Assembly (NCBI RefSeq): GCF_002113885.1
Contig: NW_018480074.1
Coordinates: 186,001-250,000, forward strand
Length of the DNA stretch: 64,000 bases
Reading direction: 5' to 3'
Source: Mizuhopecten yessoensis
Taxonomy: Eukaryota
Program-made: the position numbers and the translations under genes
The notes under the pieces: model-generated
The model's database searches: none
The model's input: the letters and a program-made list of their open reading frames with translations, nothing else
Told to the model about the DNA's origin: nothing
In this document: positions 53,051 through 64,000 of the stretch, piece by piece
How positions within the stretch are numbered: the first letter of the stretch is position 1
How the letters are laid out: each line of letters starts with the position of its first letter

Positions 53051-53765
53051 CACATCCTGGACACACCAACATCTATAAACACATCCTGGACACACTAACA
53101 TCTATAAACACATCCTGGACACACCAACATCTATAAACACATCCTGGACACACTAACATCTATAAACACATCCTGGACACACCAACATCTATAAACACAT
53201 CCTGGACACACCAACATCTATAAACACATCCTGGACACACCAACATCTATAAACACATCCTGGACACACCAACATCTATAAACACATCCTGGACACACCA
53301 ACATCTATAAACACATCCTGGACACACCAACATCTATAAACACATCCTGGACACACCAACATCTATAAACACATCCTGGACACACCAACATCTATAAACA
53401 CATCCTGGACACACCAACATCTATAAACACATCCTGGACACACCAACATCTATAAACACATCCTGGACACACCAACATCTATAAACACATCCTGGACACA
53501 CCAACATCTATAAACACATCCTGGACACACCAACATCTATAAACACATCCTGGACACACCAACATCTATAAACACATCCTGGACACACCAACATCTATAA
53601 ACACATCCTGGACACACCAACATCTATAAACACATCCTGGACACACCAACATCTATAAACACATCCTGGACACACCAACATCTATAAACACATCCTGGAC
53701 ACACCAACATCTATAAACACATCCTGGACACACCAACATCTATAAACACATCCTGGACACACCAA
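53051..53765. repeat. Near-perfect 29-bp minisatellite (~24 copies) within a halo of degenerate units (~51830-55280)
   Basis: Unit acacatcctggacacaccaacatctataa; only two early units carry a variant (cactaac). Confidence 0.97.
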
Positions 53766-54599
53766 CCAAATATTTCAACATACCGCTTAATCATCCCAAC
53801 ATATGTATGACACAACTGCACACACTTACACCAATAGAACACATCATTTTAGCACATTCTGAACACAACCAAACTTTTCAACATATCGTTAGACATTTAA
53901 ATACATATGACACACCTAGACCCACTCACATCTATAAAACAAATCTCGGACGTACTTACATTATTATAACACATTCTGGGCACAACCAAACTTGTCAACA
54001 TACCGTTAAAACATCCAAATACATGAATATGTATGACACACCTGGACAAACTCACCTCTATATAACACAGCCTAGACACACATCGTTTTATCACATTTTG
54101 ACCACAGTCGATCTTTTTTTAACATACCGTTTAAACATTCTAACATATGTAGGGCACACATGTTTACACTAACATCTCCATAACACATCCTGAACAAATC
54201 TTAACACATTTTGGATACAACCAAACTTTTCAACATACCGTCAAAACATCCTTATATATATGTATAACAAGCCTGGGTACACTCATATCTATAAATATAG
54301 ACATACACCCTGAACTAGGACCACATGCATCGCTTAAATATGCTCTTGAACACACATAGCTGTATTACTCATCCTTGACGCACACACATCAATATAATAC
54401 ACTCAAGCCACATTTTCATCAATATAGCAAAACCTGGGCAAACATTCATATCGAAATAAAACATCTTGTACACACTCATTTATTTATCAAACATCCTTGG
54501 TCCACCCACATATTTATAACTCACACCTAACATATTTACATACATATGCCACACCTCGAACGTATTAAGATTATATACCAGACACACTCACATAAGATT

Positions 54600-54820
54600 T
54601 AAATGGCATTTTCCAACGTGAATGCTGGGTATGAATACAAATCGATTACACACATGAATATGTTGGTAACCGATTAGGGTTGATACCAGGCATTATCATT
54701 GAAAAAATGAACGGCATTTTCAATAGTCATGCCTGGTTTGAACGCAAATCGGTTACATACCATGCATGTAACATATCTGCGTTCACACTAGACATGAACA
54801 TTGAACAATGCCGTTCAATC
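54600..54820. mobile_element. Two tandem ~110-bp palindromic MITE-like units
   Basis: ggcattttc..atgc..gg..tgaa..caaatcg.ttaca / gtaac.gat...gtt..a..ca.gcat..cattgaa.aatg, repeated twice. Confidence 0.6.
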
Positions 54821-57000
54821 CATGTATTTACATTCCAAATTTTATAGTTTATTTTGAGCTATCTATAGGTATTCCCTTTCATTTTCAATATTAAGTGTCT
54901 GTCGTCAGTGCAAACAAGATTCCTGGAAAAGCCTAACGTCTTATGCTTGCTTCTAACGGTTGCCTCATGTTATTCGAGGCAGTGGAAGTTGCTTCGAAAT
55001 GACGCTGATCTTGTTGCGTCCATTGCCCTTTGAACGCAATTTCTTCTGGTAATGCTCATCGTAGAGGAACCTGCGGTGAAAATGTTAATGAATAACACAT
55101 CCTGCACACAGTCACGTCTCTTTGATACACTTCATAATACACGTCAAAACTTAACATCACACCCTGGACACGACCTTGTACGACAAACTAATAACATTAT
55201 GATAAGCACTGAACAGACCCACTATGTCACAGCACACCCTGGATACACTAAATCTTTGCAACACACCTAGGACACGACCATTTGATACAAAGCAGCACAA
55301 CCAATTGTCCATCACCTTTTTAAACTTTAATATATGTTTACTTGTATTAAAGTAATTTCATAGTTGTTTTTGTTGGATTGTGCGTTTTATCAAAATAAAT
55401 ATTTTTAGGTAAGAAAATTGACTAGATCAGAGGGATTGATCATTGAAAAAATTAACTGTCCTACAGATAAAAAAAAACACTGGCCAGGCCCATAGTGCAA
55501 GCGGCTGAATCAACACTTTCCTTGATACAATACACTTATATTACACATCCCAGACAACCCATATCAAAACGATTTATCAATATAATCTCTCAACCTGCAC
55601 ATATGTCATAGACACTTCCAAATCTTCGCGATGCCTTCCGGAAAGTCAATACCATTATAACTCGACCTAGACATACATCCACGTATATTTTGTCCCCACA
55701 TCCTGAACACAGTGCCATATCGCATACCATGTACACACCAATATGCTTTTGTTTGTGTAAATAACAGTTGTCCTTTTATCATATGGAATTATTATTCTAA
55801 ACAGTTCGAGGGCAATTTTTTTCCATTAAGATATGTATTTATTCATTTGATAAGCCATTTAAAAATAGTGTAATTCATCCCAGGAAATACCAAATTAACC
55901 TCAAAATTAAGAAAACCAGAAATAGAACACTAGTAAATTAAATAAGATGCCAAATATCAGATGTGAGCTTTTCTTTTCAATAAACCCGATATCTTCTATA
56001 AAAATATATAACAGATTGATGAGAGAAATATTGACTTGTTGGAGCAGTATGTTTAACCATTGTCATACGTAAAAAATATATTTTATATCAACAAATGTAA
56101 TACCTTCTTATTTCACACAGGCATAGTTGGAAGCTTACATTCATTTGTAATTATGATACATAATCTTAAAATTTCCAAAAAAACTGAAACATTAATATTA
56201 AAAACATATTTGTCTATTCTTAATCGAATGTTTGTATTTGAACCATATTTGACACTCAGAACTGTTATCCCTTTTTTTAATAGCGGAAGAATTACAAGTA
56301 CCATTTTATGATGCCATATTGCTATGCCAAGTCAGTGGACTAATTCCATCTCTTTTTAAACCAATTCTTTCTTTCTTACACTGAAAATGCACATGCGAGA
56401 TTGAATATGTCAAATTCTTATTAAAATATTGTGATTTTGAGTGAGATCGGTACCAAAATAGGATTCTATTCTATTATTAAATTTCTATACTTATTTTAAT
56501 CGATGCGAAAAAAAATCTGTTATCTGTTATATTGGTAAAAAACGAAGTTTTAATGTGATACTTATATGATTTGCCACACTGTAAGCAGGGATCAAAAACT
56601 GAATGATACAAGCTATACATAACGTTATCAACATTTTGTTTAATTTTGGCTAAAATACTCGCTAAGTTATTATTAGAGGAAACTGAAAAGATGTTAAGAA
56701 AGTAAAAACACTCAAAGTTGATGTGACGCAATACAATTCACTACCGCCCTCCATGTTGTTAAAATTTCTAGAAGGGTTATTGAAAGATTCTTAATAACAT
56801 TCCTTTAAGGACAACATACAAAACCGGAAATATACGACAGTCAGAACAAGTGTACCAAATATTATAATTATTGCGAAAGAACTTTTTTTTTTAAATATAA
56901 ACGTTACCTATTTTTGAATTCTTGGATCAATACACTATAAATATTTCAAAAAATACTTTGCTCTTGTTTTGCAACTATAGAAATGATTAGTTAATATTCC

Positions 57001-57102
57001 ATTGTATAATGTTAAATTGTATAATGATATATTGTATAATGTTATATTGTATAATGTTATATTGTATAATGTTAAATTGTATAATGATATATTGTATAAT
57101 AT
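57001..57102. repeat. 15-bp tandem repeat
   Basis: attgtataatg(t/a)ta(a/t), about 7 copies. Confidence 0.9.
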
Positions 57103-57408
57103 TATATTCCTATCAAAAGTTGTCTATATCTATTATTTACTTTTTCTTTTTTTCCCAAACAATGCATATTATCAATATCAACAATTTTACCAGATGCTAA
57201 AAATATAGACGGGAAAAAACTGATTATTGTCACGAATTGCAAGAACAACAAAAATGTTCTCCTCATGAAAATTGCAAATGTCAGAATGACATTCCATACC
57301 GATATTAACATTTGATTTTGTGCGAGATCAATTTAAAAGATTCCTATTCAAAATTACATCGGAAAATTGTATACTGTTGATGTTTGATGTTTTCAATGCA
57401 TTACATTT

Positions 57409-60400
57409 CTATTTTCCGAAACAACAGAAGAATCTGCTCTTCATCCCCTTTTTCTTTTGCTTCTTGGTTCTTGCATATTGGTCATCAGGCGTGACACTTT
57501 TTACCTCTCCAGATCCAGAACACTGTGGGACTAGGACTTCCTTGACTTCAGTAGGAAAATTTGGCAAGATGTCCTGCATATCAACTTTGATGTTGTCGTA
57601 CGATCTCGCTGGTTTTGGTGATCTTGCATTCCTCATCTGTAATTATAATTGTACTAAATTAAACAAATAATAATTGAATGATTTTAAAAACAAAACTAGA
57701 AAACGTCTGTAAGACATGAATGCCCCCGTCAACATGTAAAATTAGCTTCAGTGTTTGATGTTTCACGGGACGGGACGGATATGGGCAGATTGAGATATAA
57801 AATAAATTGTAAATGCCGACTTACTTGGTTAATCACATCCAGAGTTGATTTGGAAGGTTTGTATCTGAATGCATTGCAGTTCTCTGGAAGATAATGAAGG
57901 GAACATGAGTTAATGCAACAGAATACGTATGTGAATCACGTAGAGACAGGTGATTGTATTCTAATCATTGGGTTTCAGTTTTATAAATCATCATGCATAA
58001 TTATATGAATCCTGGAACGCATTCCTTCTAATATATAAATAAAGTTAATACTTAATTTTTTTTCATGAAGTAAACTGGTGATTTCACATGGTTGATAATC
58101 GGAAATCACACAACGGAACAATTTGGCCTAGTGTAGCGTAATCCGAACTGGATCTTTTTCAGTTGAATTTCAAAATAAAGTAGCATCTAAAAATGAAGTA
58201 ATTAAACGTGAATGGTAACTTCTAAACAAGAAGCTTACGATCAATGTATCGTGTGAAGAAAAGTTCCCTAAACTTTTGAGCACGCTCTTCATTACGCAGA
58301 CGAAGTTCTTCATTCTCCTCTTGCGGTGCACATTTCAACCAGCTTTTGGTCAAGGATACGTCACGAACTGATGTACAATTTCGGGAAAAAACAGTCAATT
58401 CAATAGTTTACATAACATATATGATTAAACAAGAATTCCACGGAAGTGGATGCATCGGCTGCGCAGGAAGCTGGGAGATTATGAAGAAATAGATACACTT
58501 TTCATTTCAAGAAATGATGTTAAAAGAAAGCAATAATCATAGATTATGTTTTTGGATGGCATCTTTTTGTTATATAATCTGTTATTCTGAGAAGAATACT
58601 CTGAGTTTTAAAGAAACTGCTATGGATACTCATTGTCTCAATTCCAAGTTTAATTTGTATGATTTGTCGGATGGTTTCCCATAAATAAATGAATAAACTT
58701 GTGGCTTATGATGTTAAACAGCTAGTGTTGTCAATAACATTTGAAAATTCATGTATGCTTAGCACTGCATGAAGTTTGAGTTTGATCGGCCCAAGGAAAC
58801 CAAAGTTATCACACGAAAACAGATTTTCTATTTATAGTAACAGTGACCTTGACCTTTGGACCTGAAACGCAATCCCAAGCAAGCACTTTTGGTAAGAAAT
58901 TTGAGTTTGATCGGCACGAAAACCTCTGTGCGGACGACGCCGACGCCGACTAAGCAATACCTATGTGTCACCAACTTTTCGCAGCCGACACAAAAACTAA
59001 ACCTAAAGACAATTTTTTCCTTTTTAAAAGTGCACTGCATTTTATCTGGATATTTGTGGGGTTTTTTTATATTAAAACTGTATGTTTTCCTGTTCACCTA
59101 AAGTATAAAACCTCCCACTGAAAGTGGAAATATGTGTGATCTCAAAAGATGTTATTTTAATGTCCAACATTACTTTCTGACTTTTAAAATTAATGCTTTT
59201 GTAGTATACATAAGATTTTTGTTTTTTTGATGAACAACGGTTTAACAATTAATTAATCCTTTAAAGATGTCTTTTATTCTAAAATTAAGTTTAAAAATGA
59301 TTGGTATGAAACAAGGTTTACAGAACACGCTACATCCTCATTTTTCTACCAAATTCCATATTTCTCGTTAATAATCGAAAAGACGTCTAAATATTTGTTA
59401 ACATCAAATTCCTCGTACTAAAACTGTTTGTATGACATAGATATTATAATAAGAACACATTCCTGCACTTTAAATTGAATATGGTATGATAAATATTGCT
59501 TACGAATCTGCAGTAACTCATTTTATGGCAACAGTTTTGATTACTTTTATGACTTGTCATATATATATGCACTTATATGTAATAAACAGTGGGAAAAGAC
59601 TTCAAATTATAAATAAGTGTATAATAACTCAACAACAGAATCCACGAAAATATCTATATTTTTAGTGTAAGTTATAAACATTTTAAAACTGATTGCTATA
59701 AAACCTAGTTCCAGCAGACAGGTAATTCGAAATGCATTACGGAAAGGATTTGGACGGATGACTTTTATGGCCCACTTGTCGGCTAACAGTGCTGAACCTG
59801 GCCTTGAGCTTGCTTCTTCCCGTGGAACGACATCATCTTTAAATCACAAAATTGTCATAATTTATACAGAATTTATAAACAACATCATACTTTTCTTGTA
59901 ATGATACATTTTATAACTTCAAAGCCGGTTATTTCATTAAAGAATGTAAGTATGCGTTGGTCAACTGACTCTTTTGAGCATGCTTGCATGGAAGGGTTTG
60001 AACTAGGTATGCTTGGAAACAGAAAACTTCAAAAGAACAAATTCAAACATAAATGTGTACCTATGTCTGTTGTGACTTTTGTCCTCACTTCAACCCGTCC
60101 TGGTTGTTTCGTTGCAGCTTCGTTCTTTGATTTCTTTACTGCTGCATCTGTTGGAAATAAAAACGAAAAGTGCTGAACAGATCCAGGTATTTGAGTAAGC
60201 AGGTCACAACAATAAATACTTTTTAACTTCAAGGACGGTAATTCCATTGAAGTAAGTATACATTGATCAGCTAATTATTTTAAACGGGCTAAAGGTAATA
60301 AGATTTTAACGTTGTTTATTTGGAAACAACAACATTTTAAATTCAAACAAAAATTGTGTACCTATATTTATCTCACGACAGGTTTTTGCTTTTGGTTTCA

Positions 60401-62621
60401 CTCTTACTGTCCGTGATCGTTTAAATGCAGGTTCGTTCTTTGATTTCTTTGCTGCTTCATCTATTGAAAATATAAACGAAAAGTGCTGAACAGATACAAG
60501 TATTTGAGTAAGCAGTTCACAACAATAAATACGATTTGCTAACTCCATACAAGATGACCGGTTTATACATTGTACAGTGCTCGGTTGAAACATATTATAC
60601 GTTCTAACTTCAATAGACGACGGCTATTCCACTAGAGTAAGTATACATTAATCAGCTACTTCGTTTGAGCGGGCTTGTGTAGTAGGATTTGAACGTTGTA
60701 TATTTGGAAACAGCAGCACTCCAAATTAAAACATGAATATGTACCTATATCTGTCTGAAAGGTTTTGACTTTTGACTTCACATCAACTGGTCCTAATTGT
60801 TTCATTGCAGCTTCATTCATAGCTGCTTCATCTGTTAGAAATATAAACAAAAAGTGATGAACAGATACAAGCATTTGAGTAAGCAGTTCACAACAATAAA
60901 TACGATTTTTTAACTCCATACAAGTTGACCGGTTTATACATTGTACAGTTCTCGGTTGAAACATATTATACGTTCTAACTTCAAAAGACGGTTATTCCAT
61001 TAAAGCAAATAAACATTGATCAGCTAATGTTTTAGCGGGCTTGGGTAGGAGGGTTTGAACTTTGTATGTTTTGAAACAGCAACAACCCGAATTAAAACAT
61101 GAATATGTACCTTTATCCGTTTTGACTTTTGACTTCACATCAACTGGTCCCGATTGTTTCATTGCAGCTTCCTTCATAGCTGCTTCATCTGTTAGAAATA
61201 TAAACAAAAAGTGCTGAACAGTTACAAGCATTTGAGTAAGCAGTTCACAACAATAAATACGATTTGCTAACTCCATACAAGATGACCGGTTTATACATTG
61301 TACAGTGCTCGATTGAATCATATTATACTTTTTAACTTCAAAAAACGGTTATTCAATTAAAGCAAGTATACGTTAATTAACAGATTTTTTTAGCAGGCTT
61401 GGGTAAGAGGGTGTATATTTTGAAACAGCAACACCCCAAATTAAAACATGAATATGTACCTATATCTGCTTTGACGTTTGACTTCACATCAACTGGTACC
61501 GATTGTTTCATTGCAGCTTCCTTCATAGCTGCTTCATCTGTTAGAAATATAAACAAAAAGTGATGAACAGTTACAAGTATTTGAGTAAGCAGGCCATAAC
61601 AATAAATATGGTCTGCCGTAGACATAACATTTTTCTCTTCACGATAATACATTCAGTCTTTAAATTAAACCATCACTTTCTGTATTTATTCTCGAGAACA
61701 ATAATTCTCGTTTGTCCGAATTATTTGTTCGCGTGAAATTAATTTGATTACGCGATTGATATTTTACTCAAAAAATAACAAAATGAATAAATAATTTATT
61801 CCTCTTTTTGCATTATTTAGTTAACTGTTTTAAATGGCAAGTATAGGACATGTGAGTGTAAACTACCTTAAGGGGAAATGCAACCTGCAATCGCATTATA
61901 TATTTATTGTGGCAACTTGCTATCTTTATTACCAATGGCTGCCATCTGAAAGCAGCCCATTACTTAATTGTATCCACAGTTTGATTTAATAGAGTTTTAA
62001 AATAATAATATCGGGACAGCAGAATTCAATTTGATATTACATGTATATATAATCATATTAGGTCTATGTTTTTCCATGAAAATCACAAAAAAAACCACCA
62101 AGAGATGCATATGACTCAATAGTAAATTATCAATTGAAATTAAGTATAAAGCACAATTTTAATGCTTGAGAGAATATAATGCTGATGCAAAGTACAAATT
62201 CACAAAGTGAAAGCAAACCTCTCATCTTTTATATAGCATATACATGTTAAGCCTCGTTCATGTTCAGTAACGTTGTATCTTTTCTCGGCTTTGGACAAAT
62301 AATATCTTCGTCTCAACAGATTCCTTTTTGGTGAAAGTGAGATTTTTTGTCATTGTAACTTTATAAATGACAACGTATACACTTCCATAAAAATACATAC
62401 GAAAGCTCGCGAGCAAAGATCACGTGATCTCGAACGTTAGTCCGTGTCATAAAAACAAACTCTTTTAAATTCATTAATCAATTGTTAACGTCTCCTTGCG
62501 CCGCTTGAACAGTTTATATCTCCCATAACTACTTACTTGCATCGATAGCATCCAAAGCGGTCAGTGTGGCCTCTGAGTATATATCATGTACCAATGTCTG
62601 AAAGGCCTCTTCAGACATCAT
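57409..62621 (-). CDS. Uncharacterised ~341-aa protein with a tandem array of duplicated symmetric exons and a C-terminal polybasic-CC tail
   Basis: Exons 62537-62621 (acceptor boundary at 62648), 61460-61537, 61111-61188, 60745-60831, 60362-60460, 60061-60147, 59741-59836, 58239-58367, 57825-57883, 57409-57636. All are GT-AG-bounded and phase-compatible: 1026 nt with a single terminal stop. Starts MMSEEAFQTLVHDIYSEATL (frame is also open to the acceptor, so an upstream coding exon is possible) and ends KKQKKKGMKSRFFCCFGK. Confidence 0.75.
58427..58997 (+). mobile_element. HINE/pearl-like non-autonomous Helentron element in an intron
   Basis: Starts AAACAAGA; subterminal IR cggctgcg/cgcagccg; gtgaccttgaccttt motif; (GACGCC)n microsatellite; terminal tgtgtc..gacaca stem. 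Confidence 0.75.
59940..61610. repeat. Five tandem ~310-370-bp exon-plus-intron units
   Basis: Acceptor-to-acceptor spacings 349, 357, 371, 313 bp; intron parts conserved (tttgagtaagcag.tcacaacaataaatac; tttggaaacagcaaca..aaatt.aaaca..aat.tgtacct). Confidence 0.9.
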
Positions 62622-62865
62622 CTTGGTAATAGACTTCGGATAACGATTCTGCAATAAGTGTCAAGTTTATTGTTAGTGCTGGATACACTTAACATATTAC
62701 GACTGTTTATGGCTATGATAGTCCACAGGTCAGTGATGCTCGCCTGATGATACATCATAACTTGTTAAATAATTGCAAGAATACAATACATTGATGTCTA
62801 TAGTTAACATTTGACATCCGTTTCTTTATATTGGATATCACAAATGATTTCTAATGGGAAATTAC

Positions 62866-62884
62866 GATTGATTGGTTGATTGAC

Positions 62885-62920
<36 letters not shown>
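62866..62920. repeat. (GATT)n microsatellite
   Basis: About 12 gatt units with minor variants. Confidence 0.95.
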
Positions 62921-63056
62921 CGGTCAGGTGGGTAGTGGATAACACACCTGCCTTATACCAAAACGGCTAGGGTTTGATTTTTCAGGTAGAGTATAGTAGG
63001 TCACATGTCCATAGGTTTTATCCGGATACTCCGATTTCCTCCCGCATTTAGACACC
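62921..63056 (+). mobile_element. Decayed tRNA-derived V-SINE-like element
   Basis: ggtgggtagtggataacacacctgcc (A-box-like), gggtttgatttt (degenerate B box), ggttttatccggatactccgatttcctcccgca (V-domain-like core). Confidence 0.6.
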
Positions 63057-63329
63057 ATGTGTGTATGATGATTGTGTGCGCTGGTGTTTCGTAGTATGAT
63101 GGTGTGCGAGTGATCATTTGGAATGGTGTGAAGGATGATAGTGCGCTATCGGTATGGGTTGATATTTTTTTCGGTTATAGCATATCATTATGTAAATGGT
63201 GATATGATGAATATAGGTGTAAAGATTGTTGGTACATAATACAGCAAACGTGGTGATGATGTGTAGAATAAGTGTGTCTGCGGAGGGGTGCTAAAACAAA
63301 GGGTGATAGGTGTGGTACTATGGTGTGAA

Positions 63330-64000
63330 ATGTGATAACGTGTAGTGTGATGATGTAAAGTGTAATGATGTAAAGTGTAATGATGTAAAGTGTGATGATG
63401 TAAAGTGTGATGATGTAAAGTGTAATGATGTAAAGTTTGGTTTGTGAAGTGTGATGCTGTGTGGTGTGACGGTGTGTAATGTGGTGATGTGTAATGTGAT
63501 AATGCGTAATGTGAAGTAGTGTAGTGTAATGTTGTGTGGTGTGATAATGTGTAGTGTGATAATGTGTAGTGTGATAATGTGTAGTGTGATAATGCGTAGT
63601 GTGATGTTGTGTAGTGTAATGGTGTGTAGTGTAATAATGCGTAGTGTGATGTTGTGTAGTGTGATGATGTGTAGTGTGATGGTGTGTGGTGTGATAATGT
63701 GTAGTGTGATGTTGCGTAGTGTAAAGGTGTGTAGTGTAATGCTGTGTGGTGTGATGATGTATAGTGGGATGGTGTGAGTAGTGTGATGATGTGTAGTGTG
63801 GTGTTGTTAAGTGTGATGATGTGTAGTGTGGGGATGTGAAGTGTGATGATGTGTAGTGTAATGGTGTGTAGTGTGGTGATGTGTAGTGTGATGATGTGTA
63901 GTGTAATGGTGGGTAGTGTGATGATGTGTAGTGTGGTGATGTGGGTGGGGTGATGATGTGTAGTGTGGTGATGGGGATAGAGGGATGATGTGTAGTGTGG
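63330..64000. repeat. 15-bp GT-rich minisatellite running off the right edge
   Basis: Unit gtgtagtgtgatgat and variants. Confidence 0.95.

Noticed and set aside
53051-53765. 29-bp repeat as a CRISPR array
   Set aside because: Units are head-to-tail with no spacers.
60029-61652. Five separate small paralogous genes, as suggested by the ORF track
   Set aside because: Each ORF is intron read-through around one short exon; splice sites and phases join the exons into a single gene.
61867-61884. 18-nt candidate micro-exon (cag|GTTGCATTTCCCCTTAAG|gtagtt) in the orphan gene
   Set aside because: It introduces a TAA stop in the required phase-1 frame.
63529-63777. Cys/Met/Val-rich periodic ORF
   Set aside because: Translation of a 15-bp GT-rich minisatellite.

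Overview
AT-rich, intron-containing animal genomic DNA. The repeat landscape (V-SINE-like elements, Helentron/HINE-type elements, Penelope-like relics) and the gene families suggest a bivalve mollusc; this is an inference. I reconstructed six protein-coding genes by hand from GT-AG sites and reading-frame continuity. (1) A minus-strand gene of at least 12 exons (13148 to beyond the left edge) encoding a signal-peptide protein with two tandem ependymin/LolA-like domains. (2) An intronless-CDS, membrane-anchored FkbM-family methyltransferase (19748-20797 +). (3) An intronless RING-less B-box/coiled-coil/NHL TRIM-like protein (31519-33210 -). (4, 5) A tandem pair of 3-exon, probably GPI-anchored three-finger (Ly6/uPAR-like) genes that keep only 8 of the 10 canonical cysteines (36066-41154 and 45698-48908 +). 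(6) An unrecognised 10-exon minus-strand gene (57409-62621) of about 341 aa, containing five tandemly duplicated symmetric phase-1 exons and ending in a polybasic-CC membrane-targeting-like tail. The rest is minisatellites and non-autonomous transposons, including an IS3EU-like element with a 6-bp TSD and a Kolobok-like element with a TTAA TSD. Most short ORFs in the supplied track are repeat artefacts or exon fragments. No CRISPR array, rRNA or genuine tRNA gene was found.
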